A stretch of 64,000 bases of DNA from Podarcis tiliguerta (Eukaryota). The stretch's first letter is position 1; each line of letters starts with the position of its first letter. The DNA is taken from NCBI GenBank assembly GCA_965153285.1, contig OZ229125.1. The stretch is one strand, 5' to 3'. The notes under the pieces were generated by a model. It was given only the letters and a program-made list of their open reading frames with translations. It searched no databases and had not been told where the DNA came from. Below are positions 28,670 through 41,860 of the stretch, in pieces. The position numbers and the translations under genes were made by a program.

Positions 28670-31600
28670 CAGACACTAGCACTAAATTTTTAAACTGCAG
28701 GGCAACCATCCTTATCCATCTGAACAAAGCTTTTAACTTGATTGGATATTCCTGTACCAGAATGATGGTCTGTATACTGTCTAGATCTGGGCACAAATAG
28801 GATTAAAACACTGCACCCACCCCTCAAGCAGCAGAGGAGAAAATTACTTCTGTGACACCTTGTTTGGGCTTGTGCTTCATAATCCATTTTCAATTTACAG
28901 TGACCTTGGTTAGGAGTCTATTATGCTGAAACAAGTGTAGACATTGTAAAATCAGCAGGCTTTGTTCTATGGTTCCAGATGTCAGGAATAATAGCAGAGA
29001 CATTGGTGCCAATGCTAGATTGTGATGGGAAATCACAGGTTCTGGAATTAAAATGTAATAACCTTTAAAGACACTAATGTATCTGATCATTAAAGCTACG
29101 AGAGAACAAATTGAACTACTTGTAGTCTCTTTAAGACCTCATGGCTTGTCGTATAGATCCATATGTTACTAGTGATCAGGGTGTGAATTGCATTGTATGG
29201 AGAAGTGTACAAATATTGTGGACAGAGTTGTCTTGTGAGTTTTTATTATACCCAATCACCTAGCTGAACAGTCCAGGTCATTTTAAAACAGAAAGGTTTT
29301 CCCATTCTGTCAGGTGGCTGGGTGCAGCAAGAGAAACATTCAAAACACTGTTGGGCTGCAAATGCTCCCTCCCACAAGACCGCCTAAGACTGTAGTCAGT
29401 GGGTGCACAGATAAGTAGGCCAACAGTGGGAAATGTCCATCCAGTGCGTAAAAGCACAGGACTAGGAAGACTGTGAAAACAATCGCCAAGCGATTTCACA
29501 AAGTGGTTGAAGAAGTATTTGTTGGGGGTGTTGTAAATATAAGGTGCCCTGCTTGAGAGCAGAAGTTGTGTTTCTTCCTGCTGAATGCTTGTATAATAGA
29601 TTTTTGTTCAAATGGTATGTGTAACACGAGGACTTGCTTTTAAACCTCACTGGTGTGCAGCTTTGTGAACCATAAACCCTGAAGGAGATGATCAAGCATT
29701 TGGTGTCAGTTTTCTAAAGCACTCAAGTAGCCTGCTGTTTAAAAGTCTATTTAAATAAAGCACCATTTTTGTTTCTCTAATAGTAAGTTGAAGAAGGTAC
29801 ACCAAAGGCAGTGGTTAAAAGTATCTGCAATAATATATACATTTTGAAATCACATATCTGTCATTAGCCCAGGCGAGGACATAAAGCTTCTTATTGCCTA
29901 ACCAAAGTTAACATCCTTCTGGCTTTACATACTCCCTGCCTTTTGGTATACAAATACCTCTCTCTTCCCTTTGCTTGTGCTAACCAGGACACGGTGTTGC
30001 ATGTAGGGATGAGCCAAATATTTTCCAGGTTTTATTTTCTTCAAAAGTAGTTTTTTTTCCCTTTGGAGGAAACAAGTGGTATATTCTGGTTCTGACAGAA
30101 ATTACAGTCTGAAATGTGAAAACAATATTTAAATGGAGGAGGCGTAAATTGAAGCTCTGATTGCTTGTATCGGAACAAGAAGCTGCTGGCTGGATTTTTC
30201 CAAGTGTAGCAGAATGAAATGTTTGAAATTATTTACTTCGTTGTTTGGCCCATATATGACTTGCTGACTTTCTACAAACGACCCTCCTCCAAACATACTT
30301 TTCTGTATGCAAGCCGTTGCATAAATGGCAGCACAGAATAATTATTTTTCTTTTCTTTTATCCCTCACTCTGAACTGAGCATGCTACAATCTTGAGACAG
30401 TTTGGTCACAAGAAATTCTCCAGCTATTTTAGAAGTCTCAATCCAAAGCTCTACATTTCCTCCTTATGCTGAATTTGGCATATTTTATCTCTTAGCTCTG
30501 GATACTTGGAAGTATTTGGGCTGTTTCTACCCAAGTCTGAGGTGTCAAAAGATTTCTAGGGATCAGGTGCTGGGGCAGAGGCTTCCTGCTCCTTTACCTG
30601 ACCTTGGCCCCTTCTCCCTTTGTGCCTGGGATTCATTCCCAGAACACTGCATGGTGCTAGCCCTTTATCTTCTTCAAGTCCCTCCTCAAAATTCATTTCT
30701 TCTCCAAAGCCTTTAGTCTTCACTTTCTTATTGAAATGAAACCTGAGTACATGTAACCATAATCGCACATATTCTTCCCCCCATTGACTTCTGCTTCCCT
30801 CTTCTCCATCTCCCCTATGACAGTTTCCAATTCTCAGGTAACGCAGCGGTTTGACTTCACCCCTAGAGGTGCATTCCATTGTCTCTCAAGACAGATGCAT
30901 GCCAACAGTGCATCCTTTAGCATTTACAGCAGTTGTTGGAAACTGCTAGGAATGGTGGGAGTTGTAGTTCAGCAACATCTAAAGGGCCAAAGGTTTCTCC
31001 CCCCAGCAGTCACAGTTACAGTCATTGCCTATTGATGCTGTTTCAACCAAAAACTATGCAATTAGTGGTAGCTTGCATAGAAGAGTAAGCAAATTGAGAG
31101 GTGGCAATGGTGTCTAGAAGACCAGGTTCACATTAGGGTAGTGGAAGGAGTATTTATAGCTTCTGACATACTATTGATTCTCTACTTCAGGATGTGTTCA
31201 TGTGGATTAGCATTTGCAAATGTGATGGGAGGGATAGCTAAAAGAGTATGCATTCATATTATTAATAGTCAGCAGTATCAGTGAGTAGCAGACTCAGCAA
31301 GGTCTTCCAAATGGAACAATAAGATTTTAAGTTTATTGCTATTCCAAAATTGTTACCTCCTACGTTAGTTTCCTAGTGCCACCAAAAAATGATATAGGAG
31401 CCGATTCATTGGCCTGTACCTTTTGGTAAAGTTGGTCTCCAACCCCCAAATAAACATTTATTTATGTGCCTTCAGGCAGAAATAAATAAATGCTAAATAA
31501 CAGACAAATTCCTTTAACCGACCTTCCATATCAGCTATTCATAATTTCAGCTTGCCTCTCATTTGCTTATGAGGAGTACATTCTCATCCTTTACCCTTAA

Positions 31601-34449
31601 AAGGAGAGAAGGTGCAAAAAATATTTGGTGGAAGTTTCCCTCTTGATTATTCCTCATGTGATGTTTCGTGATGTTTAAAAGGAAGGAAGGAGAATTATGA
31701 AAGCAAACCGCCCCCCCCCCCCGACATGCTTCAGAGAGAAAGGCAACGAAGGTATCTAAGAACAAATGGGTTTCCTCCCCTTCCTTCCCCACAAGGTTAC
31801 ATATCATCAGAATCTGTGGGTTTTTTAAAGGACCAAATCAGGTGTGACGTGGGAGATCTGTGAGTGAGATCCCCCAGGTTGTTTTTATATAATATCCGCT
31901 GCGTCCTTCCCCATTGGTTTGGGTTTGGGAACACAGGTCTGTTAAGTTTCCCTTACAGGGCAAATTGCAGTGAAGGTGGGTGGGGAAATTTTCACTTGGA
32001 AAATAGTGTGCAGGGCTTAACAGTCGCTGGGCAGAAGCGTGACACATCCTGTGATACTTCGAGACACAAAGAGAGGTGCAGTGCTGTGAAGTAAAGGTCT
32101 TTGAACACTTCAGACATTTCTTCCTTTGCCGTTAAACGGAGTGCGTAGATCCACATTGCTTTATGGGCCTTTTGAAACATACTTGGGGGATGCAGGTGCT
32201 TATGAAATTTATTTTCTTTCTTTCTTTTTAAAATTATTATTTCATTTCGGATTTGACTCTTTCTGTACCTGCCACACACTGAGAAGCAAAGTATCTGAGC
32301 CTCCTTATTTGGAAGGGGGGGGGGGATGCCAGCAGTTCAGAGACTGCCCATGAATTGCATACAGTTGCACTTCCCAGACATAAACGCACTGCTTCATTTC
32401 AAGTGTTGGTTCCTCAGGAGACACACACTCTACTCGAGACAAAAGGAGTCTTTGCTTTGTTCTTGCGTACCATAAATGCCACTGTAACTTAAACATTTGA
32501 CTTTTTAATGTCAAGTTGAACATAAGACTCTCTTTCTCCCCCCTCCCTTTTGAATATAGAACTGCTGTGATTGTTGCACTCTTCATTTTCAGCCAGCAAT
32601 TATTCATAGTGTGACATTGAGACATTAGCTGTTGCCATGGTAACTGGCTCTAAGTAGCAAAGATACAGGCATGATGTCAGTAGAAGAGCATTGCCTCAAA
32701 CCAACTATGTGTTCAGGTGTCCCCTCCTCCTTTTCTTAAAAAAATAAATTATTTTAAAGCATTATAAGATGGAACTACTTCCCTCTCCACTCCCCCCCTA
32801 CCCCCGCCTGGGCTGCAGAGAGTCTGTGTAATTCCTGAGGGCTTTCCATTGTGTTTGCTTTTTTTAAAAAAATGCTAATAAAATTAGGATTTCCATTTTA
32901 TTTCGGCACCTTCTGTTATAGCTGTGAGCTAGTGTGATTTCAGGGCGAGAGTGGGGACTTGGACAGCTTGGGTTCAAGTCTTATCTCCGAGGGACTCGTG
33001 AGTTCCTCGCTCTCTCTGTGTGCCGCTGCTGTGAACAGAGAGATCCCACATTAATTAGCGCTGCATTGTCATTCACTTCAAGGACACTGGCCTGTTTCAT
33101 GCAATGGAATGTGTGTGTGGATTGCCCCAATACCGCTAGGGTGAATCAGGGTGTTCTTGGTCATGTGAGAACTCCTTTGTGAGCAGTGGAACTCTCCTGA
33201 ATCTGTTAACGCCTCTCATTCAGAAAATTGCAGTGTAGAGTGACCAAACACAGTAAAAAAAACGATAAAGCAGCCTGTAAATTAGCAACTGCTGTATACA
33301 ATGCAAATTTTCAGAAATGGTGAACGAATACAGAGAGTTAAGCAGTTGATGGTTTAGTTCGGATTCAGCTGTTCATATTTATTGCATTAATACAATAACA
33401 GTTTATTAAACAGTTTTGTCACACCTGAATCAGCTACTTCAGTTCCAGTTCACATAGTAAAATGTAAATATTTATACCACGGTGCTGATTTGGCTCAGCT
33501 ACACAGAAAAAGCCTGCAACAGTTTAGCAAGTTGGAACACGAGGGAAAGAGAGCTAGGGTGACAACAAAAGGAAATGATATGTTGAGTATAATGTAATGT
33601 TGAAAGATGATGAGAAAATATCTAGGTAAAACTGGGGTGGGAGGTACCTAAGCTTTTCTTACTCAGAGATGCTGTTTGGTGAACCCTCCTGAGGACCACA
33701 TGGCAACAGTGTATGCACGGGACTGATGTGGATGTCACACACTTTTTTACATGCACTGCGCACATGCAATCCCCCCCCCACCAGATATGCAGACCACACA
33801 AACATCTACACATAAGTGTACACATAGCTGCGTTACTGTGGAGGATTTGCTAGGTGGTGGGCTCTGAAGTGGGCCATCTTACCTACAAAAGGACCAGAAA
33901 TATCATGTGATGGCTTCAGACTCTCCCTCCCATGGGTTCGTTTGCTGTGTGGTGCATTGCCCAGTATCCCTGGCAGTCTTGGCTCTGGAGAAAGGGAGCC
34001 TCAAGCCCAGCCAGCTGCTGCTCCTGGGTGCCAATTCTGCCTAGTTCTGGCAAAGGGAGAACTGTGAGAATAGGTCCTCCCTATGCAGTCTCACTTCCTC
34101 CTTCTGTTGCAATGTGGACCTTCCAGAGCACTTGGAAATTTCCATCTGTGGACTGGGTGATGATGCCACCATTTGTATTATCCAAGTGCTAGCTGCAGAG
34201 ATAGCGGAGGGAAGAAGGGAAACAGAGTCTGTCCATCCCAAGCACTGTTGGTGATCTCCTCTCCGCTTGCTGACAACTCTTTCTACTGCCAGTTCTTAAA
34301 GGAAACTGACTGTGTATTACCCAAGCCCTGACAAACCTCTTGAGTGATCTGGAGGGTGCACATTTTAGAGGGAGGAGGAAAGTGAAAGCAGTGCAGATTA
34401 CCTACTGAGACCCCCTGAACACATTGGACCCTTTCTAGGGTTAGATATA

Positions 34450-34910
34450 TGTATGTGGTTTGCTGTGGCAGATGACATGATAGTCTTTATGGCAGATATG
34501 ACTAACTCTGCTGAAGAACTTAAGAGCCTTGCAAGATTATGGAAGGGTGATGGGGCTTAAAATGAATGTGACAAAGAGGGAACTACTAATGAACACATAT
34601 AATGAGAAAATAGATAAAGAAAAGTTGGATACACATTTTTAAATGGTGCCCCCAAATACTTAGGGTTTAAAAATCAATGGGAATTTACAGAGTTGATGCA
34701 AAGATAATGATGTAAATCTGAAGAAACAAATCCAAGAAGATCTGGAATCTTGAGGGGGAAAAGTAACCACGCGATTATTATAACTAATAAATAAAATTAA
34801 AACAGTCTGCCAAGAATTGCATGTATATTTCAAAACTTTTTGGCCCCATGCTGGAAGAATGACAAAAATTAACAAGATTCTATTTGCCGAAGGGAAAAAG
34901 CAAGCGTGAC
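34450..34910 (+). mobile_element. Decayed L1-clade LINE RT-domain fragment
   Basis: Translated pieces ADDMIVFMAD, DYGRVMGLKMNVTK, KYLGFKINGNL, KQIQEDLES and LPRIACIFQ follow the motif order of L1 ORF2. Confidence 0.65.
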
Positions 34911-34986
34911 AGAGGCCTCTGTTCCCACTGTACTTATGAGATGGTCTAAGTGATGTCTTTTTCTTTCTTTACATTTTCAGCCTCTT

Positions 34987-35222
34987 AAGGTAAAGGTAAA
35001 GGGACCCCTGACCATTAGGTCCAGTCGTGACCGACTCTGGGGTTGCAGCGCTCATCTTGCTTTACTGGCCGAGGGAGCCGGCGTACAGCTTCCGGGTCAT
35101 GTGGCCAGCATGACTAAGCCACTTCTGGTGAACCAGAGCAGCACAAGGAAACGCCGTTTACTTTCCTGCCGGAGCAGTACCTATTTATCTGCTTGCACTT
35201 TGACGTGCTTTCAAACTGCTAG
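34987..35222 (-). mobile_element. Sauria SINE (Squam1), 5'-truncated, antisense
   Basis: Starts with the aaggtaaaggtaaagg tail. Its reverse complement aligns by eye to 3428-3660. Confidence 0.9.
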
Positions 35223-35656
35223 TTCTTCAATGTAGTACAGGGTGCGAATGAGGGCAAAGACCTGCCTCCAAATCCTCAGCCAGCTGCTCTTATTATTCGT
35301 ATAATCCAACTTTCCCATTCTTTGTGCTATGTGTGGGACTTCCTGAAATTTTATGGTCAGTAGAACCCTATGAATTTTCATCCCAGTTTTCATATATACA
35401 TATATATATAATGCCAACATGCTTATGCAGCTGTTTGAAGCTTTATTGACTGGGCAGTCATTTGAATGATAGTTTTATGCTTTGTTAAGCTGCCTGGATA
35501 TTGCAATATATAAATGGTGGTATATAAATGCTTCTGTAAATAAACATTTTCTTATGGGCCTTAGTTTATAAATCAGTTAATCTGAACAATTCATTAATTT
35601 ACATAAATATGCAGACAAGAAGAAAGTAGTTCCAAAGAAGAGAGCACACTTGGTGA

Positions 35657-35657
<1 letters not shown>

Positions 35658-35689
<32 letters not shown>
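35658..35689. repeat. (ATT)n microsatellite
   Basis: Read directly from the sequence. Confidence 0.95.
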
Positions 35690-38600
35690 CCTTCCTCAAC
35701 ATATGTAGTCCAGAGACCCGCAACATCAGTGGAAGTTGGTTTTGCTGACAGGCTGATGCTAGTGTTTCAGAAAGGCTCAGCATAGAAGAGTGGTGCTTGC
35801 CATTTTAATAAATAATGCTATTAAATGCTATTAAAAATGCTATTAAAAAATGTTTCTCAATTTTAAAAACCAGTGGCCCAATTTATTTTTGCTTTTTAGG
35901 TTAAAGTTGGGTGAGGGGACGCTTTAATCATACAATGACAATGAGACTGTCTGAAACTACTCTGCAGTGTACAGAAGTCCAGTAGTTTTTTCCTTTCTTC
36001 CATTCAGATGTTTATTTTCACAGTCCAAGGTTGTGGTTTTTTGTTTTTTGTTTTAACTTTCTGCAGCCCTAAACCAGCAGTTGACCTCTAGCCTGCCTGC
36101 TGCTTCCAGCTCTTAAAGAGAGGCTATAGGATTCTAGATAAAAACCTCACAATTATTAGGTGGAGCAGGAAGAAGTCATAATTTTACTCCTTCTCACAGT
36201 AGACTAATTGAAATTAATGGATGTGACTAAACTAAGTATTAATTTGAGTGGGTCTACTCTAACCTTGTATCTATTTTTTTTGTGTGTGTGTGTTCTAATG
36301 GTGTGTGGTTAACAGAAACCTCCAAATAATTTAGTATGAAGATAAATTGTCTAGCTTTTCCACAATAATAATGATAATTACTGTGAAGCTTATGTGGCTT
36401 TTAAAGCAACAAATTCAACATGTATTCATAATTTCTTAGTCATTAAGATGCAGTCTATTTTTATCTTGATTACCAGAGCAGATCACACCCGACTTCACTG
36501 TATCAAGAATAATTTCCGCAAGGATAATGCACAAAAAAATGAATTCAGTTGTAAAGACCCTCACCTTCCCAAAAACAAAAACAACAAACAAATAAACCCC
36601 ACCTTGCATTAATTGTTCAGAGCTTCAGAAAGTTGGTGGGTTGCAGAGGCTGTTTGACCTAGCAGTTCAGCCTACCAGACCTTCTCCCTTTAAAGAAAAT
36701 ATTCAAACAAAAGAATACACTCTGAGATTAATTTTTAAAAGCTCTGAACTGCTTTCTCCATTTCTTTCAGACTTTGAGAGCCTTTGATACTTTTGTGTAC
36801 TATTTTATTTGTTAATAAGGCTGACTACTTTAGTTTGGTAGTTTTGGTAAGAGTTCTGGATGGTTCTAGGTTGGGATTTCCTCCCTCTCTGCCACCCCAG
36901 TATTTACATGGAAGAAAGCAATATGCTTCTGAATCTGAATGTACTGTCCTCAAAATATCACAAGTTTGCTCACTCCCCTTATTAAAATGTTGCAGCATTG
37001 TTGCCATTTGACAGACCTCTTGTGCAATGTGTGTGTACAAGCGAAATTGTATTTGATGGTTCTCTGGACCAGCTGAGCTTCTTTCATTCGTAGACAGAAC
37101 CCAGTACATGGTTTGTGAGGGTACAGGAGGCAGCCAGTGCCTGGATGGGAGACTGCCAGGAGACTTCCACATATGCCGCTGTGAGTTCTATAATGGAAAA
37201 GGGTGGGGAATAAAGGTATCAAAATAATAAAATAAACAAAATAATGTAGGATTTCAAATTCTAGTCGGGGGGGGGGGGGAGGTGATGACTGTGAAGACTT
37301 ATCACAGGAGCATATCAGTTTCTATAACTGTTTGTAAACACCCCAAAGGTTTGTGTGAATTTTGCATTAGGATTAGTTACAGGTAGGTAGCCACTCCTCT
37401 ATTTCCTTTACGCATAGGGCATATTTGCAAAGGCTGTGCCATGATTAGGGCAGTATTTTGATTATGTCTATATTGCACTGTTTGGAGAAGTGTCTAAGTG
37501 ATGCCATGAGATAGAGGTGGAATAACATCCCTAGGGAAGTTGACATTCTTCCTCTGCTGGAGATGTTTCAGATGACTGTAAACTGTTACGCAAAGAGGTG
37601 ACCACTGCAAAACCTCTTGATCTGTCCTGTAAGCCTGCATTTCCATGTCTTTGTGTGTTGCTTGGTATGGCTAGAAAACTGACCAGTGGTACATTTGCTA
37701 GCTAGTATTAGTAGTCTGAGGTCAGAGATCATGCAAATCTGTCAGTGTGGGAATTATGGCTACACTGCAGTAATTAATACACTGCCAGCTGTTGGGAGTT
37801 TAATCGCCAACTTTTATTTGGATGGCTGATGATTCCCACCAGCAAACAGGGGGACAGTCTGTAACAGCAGCTCATGGCATAGTGTTGACCTCAAAACTTC
37901 AACAATTTTGTTTCTGCCTATGGCTGAAATTTCGCTGCACTGCTAATATTCACGGTGTTTTCTTTCCAATAAAATTGTTTGAACTGGCAGTGCTCCTGAG
38001 TCAGCAGCGCACTCCATTCTGTGCCAAGACACTGAATGTTCTGTCAACCCCCCCCTCTTTGGGATTTACTTGAGGATTTTAGGCACCTACAGAACGGCAG
38101 GGTTCAGTCGTTGTTGCCTTTGGCATGTCTGACCGTAGATGATGATAAATGAGCAAAGAATGCAAATCTGCTTTCATGAAAAATGGGGTTTTGCTTAAAT
38201 GGCACACCCTAAATCAGTCCAAATTTGAGTGATTTGGTAACAGTGGACTACTTCTGGCTTGTGAATTCTTCACGAGTAAAATTTCCTTGTAATTTGTTTT
38301 TCCTGAAAATACTTCCTTTTGTGTTCGATGTTCAATTTATGTAGGAGTGCTGTTTTTTTATTCTCCTTCTATTGTGCCTAGGACATGATGTGTTTTCTAA
38401 TAACAAATGAGAGAGTAAACCAGGCAGCGGGACTTCACCAAGAGAAGTTCCTGGGGATTGTTCTCACTGCTTCTATTATACATAATATTATCCTAGCACA
38501 ATGAAGCTTTGAAACATTTTGGGTGTAGGCTTTAGCTTTTATGTCATTCTATTAATCAAGCTGTTTCCCCCTATCCTATGTCTCTGTGTGCATAAGTAAT

Positions 38601-39432
38601 TGGATCTATTTTAGCTCAATTATCCAGAATCCTTAGGAGTGTTGATAGTTTTGTTTACTTGTTCTCAGGTGGTGGTGGGGAGGAATTAGAAGTTCTAGTT
38701 TTGAGGAATACACTTTATAATTCTTTCTGGTTCTTATCTTTTGGAAGCCAGCTCTATAAAAATCACATCCCAGTTACACTGTAAACCTGGAGTGCCTGAA
38801 CTGGCTAATTCTTGCCTTTCATGTGCTTCTTGCAGCATGGTAGGCACTTCTGTGTGATGCGATGCTATTCTTCAGGGTCCTGTGTATGAGTAATGTGAGT
38901 ACATGGATGGGACCAATTGCATGTGGCTCGCCCATGGAATTAATTGGGGTTCCAGTTCCATGGGAAGGACCCAACAGGATCCTGTTCCCCCGCTCCCAAG
39001 TTGTGTTACTAACATGTGCAGTCCTACAGAGAGTGAAATTGCAGGAAATGAAAGTAGATCCTACTTGCTGGAGCATATTTAAATATCTTAATGGCAGCAC
39101 CTCTCACTGCTGGAGACAAGAGTGTTGAATAGTAAACTATTAACTATGATTGACCATGAATGTACCAACAAAACCTTTATAGGGAATTCTTAGGTTAATC
39201 GTACCCATTCCCCCAAATATTTTTTAATTCCCTGCAAGGAGAAGATATGACCTCCCTTTCTTCCTTGTGAGGAAAAGGGGAGATGGACACAGTTGACATA
39301 ATGGCATATCCTGGGAAATAGGGGAGGACTGGTTAGTGCGTAAGCAGGGCTGGATGAATTCCAGATTGTTGTGGCCTGGACTCCTAAACATTTGTTGCCA
39401 CCTAGACATTTAAATATTTTTCATGCCTGGGT

Positions 39433-39436
39433 ACAA

Positions 39437-39481
<45 letters not shown>

Positions 39482-39485
39482 CAGC
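39433..39485. repeat. Interrupted (CAG)n/(CAA)n repeat, intronic
   Basis: Read directly from the sequence. Confidence 0.9.
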
Positions 39486-40132
39486 TGGAATGTGCTTCAT
39501 TTCAAAGCTGTAAAAAGAAATTAGGCTTTAAAAATGAATAAGGGGTGGAATAGCAAACTTGATGAATATTCTTAATGGGGGAAATTGGTGAGTTCAAGTC
39601 ACTGACATACCTCAATGAAAGCTAGGCAGAGGTAGGACTAACCTGGAGATGTGTGTCTAGAAGAAAGCCTGCATATGGTTTAACTTTATGCTTTGTTTTT
39701 GATATATTGTATTGATTATATTTTAAATTGATGAATAACATTAATTGGCTATATAATTTTGGCTCTGCTTGCTTTGTCAGAGTAAACTTGAAGATCTGTT
39801 AATTCTGAAGAGGCCTCAGGGATAGAAATCTAAGCAGTAAGGTTTGAATTGGTATGCTAAATGGTACTATCAGTGGAATATAATATGCCTGTCATTGAAT
39901 AGGTTTTTATTCTTCTTATCAAAATGCTTTGTTTATTGCACCTTTTGTTTAAGTAAATGCATTGCATCTTAATTGACGAATAAAGCCAGTGCTCTGTAAT
40001 TAAATTATCTTTACTTGTTTGTGTAACCTGGCAAGTGAATTGAAGTACTTGTTAGAAATAACTTCAAATTAAACAATAGATTGTCATAAACAAAGGAATT
40101 AGACGACTCCAAGAACGTCTTTATTTTTTTTT

Positions 40133-40266
40133 AGTGTTTCTCAATCTTGGGTCCCCAGATGTTTTTGGCCTACAACTCCCATGATCCCTAGCTCACAGGA
40201 CCGGTGGTCAGAGATTATGGGAGTTGTAGGCCAAATACATCTGGGGACCCAAGGTTGAAAAAGGCT
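40133..40266. mobile_element. Palindromic hAT-like MITE (ctacaactccc family)
   Basis: 41-bp arms at 40146-40186 and 40213-40253 are complementary at 39/41 positions. Confidence 0.8.
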
Positions 40267-40849
40267 TAGCTGGATGTTTCAGATATGATTGATAATCTTT
40301 TAAGACATAACTGCATGCCTCCATTTTAAGCACTGTTTCCCAGTTAATGCTTCTAGTTAGTGACAAATTCTAGATGAGAATGTGTATTTCAGCAAAGAAT
40401 TCTGATAGCTTATTAAAGACCTGGTAGTTACAGCCATTGTACTAGCGTTGAAGGCTGTTGAACCTATAGAATGTGGTAATGAGCTAATGGAAAACTGAAG
40501 AGAATATGCACTGTCTAATCTGTTAAGGATGTGGGATTCTTACAGTTATTGAGTCCAAGCTTTTCTCTCTTGGAACTCAGTACTTACCGGTAATAGCGTA
40601 ATGGTGGAGTCGAGTTCAACATAGTGTTAAGGTGGATGTTCCACCAGCGCAAGGCTTTCTTCTTGTGCAAGCCCCCTGAATCTGTTCTGGGGTTCCCCCA
40701 ACCCCCTGGGGAGGACAAGGGCAGAGGAGTGGAGGAGAAAAGGCCCCTTGTGCAAGAGTAAAAGCTGATAGGACTGTGAATATGAATAAAGCTTTGAAAT
40801 TTGGGGGGGGGGGGGAGAAAGGTTGTATTTTTAGGTTTGGTGACTTGGG

Positions 40850-41860
40850 ATATCACACAGCATATTCAAAGCTTAAAAGATTTCCTTTAAAATAGGAAAT
40901 CCCCTCCTGCTCCAGTTCCAGGTTCAATCCTGTGCAAAGGAACAGAGTGCATGAGCAACGAAGAGAGGCAATGGAATTTGAGAAGTTAATAAAAAAAATA
41001 GCAGACACATATTTGCAAAGAAAGTATCAGCTGCTTTCCAAATCGGATACAGAGCCTGGACAAGTTAAATATTATTTAAAGAAACACATTCAAAACATAG
41101 AAGATAATATTCCAGTGGATGTCTGAGAAAGCGTATGGAGGAGTACACATAGTTTTTCCTTTGAATATGGCAATAAGAGGAACTGCTATAAGAGAGATGG
41201 CACGTCGCCTCTGCAGTAATGCATGAAATAAATATAAAAAACTACCTACCCCTACCTACCGGGACGTGGGTGGCGCTGTGGGTAAAAGCCTCAGCGCCTA
41301 GGGCTTGCCGATCGAAAGGTTGGCGGTTCGAATCCCCGCGGCGGGGTGCGCTCCCGTTGTTCGGTCCCAGCGCCTGCCAACCTAGCAGTTCAAAAGCACT
41401 CCCGGGTGCAAGTAGATAAATACGGACCGCTTACTAGCGGGAAGGTAAACGGCGTTTCCATGTGCGGCTCTGGCTCGCCAGAGCAGCGATGTCACGCTGG
41501 CCACGTGACCCGGTAGTGTCTCCGGACAGCACTGGCCCCCGGCCTCTTGAGTGAGATGGGTGCACAACCCTAGAGTCTGTCAAGACTGGCCCGTACGGGC
41601 AGGGGTACCTTTACCTTTTTACCCCTACCTACCTACCCCTAATGTGGAGATGCCAGAAGAAGAAAGCACACATTTTCCACAGGTAGGAGTGTGAGGTATC
41701 TCCCTCTACCAGAGAGGGAGAGAGAACTATTAATTAAGAAGGATTTTAGGCTATGAGATTCCTCTGCATCTGATGATGTTCTTACTGAATTCTGTGAAAC
41801 ACTTGGTGAGGCAGAGCATAAAGAGATGACTTCTTAGAAGCTGACAGCAGCTGGGATTTT
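40850..41860 (+). mobile_element. Decayed L1-clade ORF2 C-terminal fragment, interrupted by the 41261 SINE
   Basis: FEKLI...KYQLL...(ORF 40932..41126) lies before the SINE. After it come WRCQKKKAHIFHR*EC (zinc-knuckle remnant) and RILGYEIPL..FLL...LTAA. Confidence 0.6.
41261..41619 (+). mobile_element. Sauria SINE (Squam1), full length, young and CpG-rich
   Basis: A box TGGCGCTGTGG at 41271-41281, B box GGTTCGAATCC at 41325-41335, ACCTTT tail, and 14-bp TSD tacccctacctacc at 41247-41260 and 41620-41633. Confidence 0.92.

Noticed and set aside
28890-29150. Possible Penelope GIY-YIG endonuclease remnant
   Set aside because: The motif resemblance is too weak to support without an alignment.
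39433-39485. Polyglutamine-coding exon
   Set aside because: There are no flanking splice signals and no fit to the MED13L reading frame; it is an intronic microsatellite.
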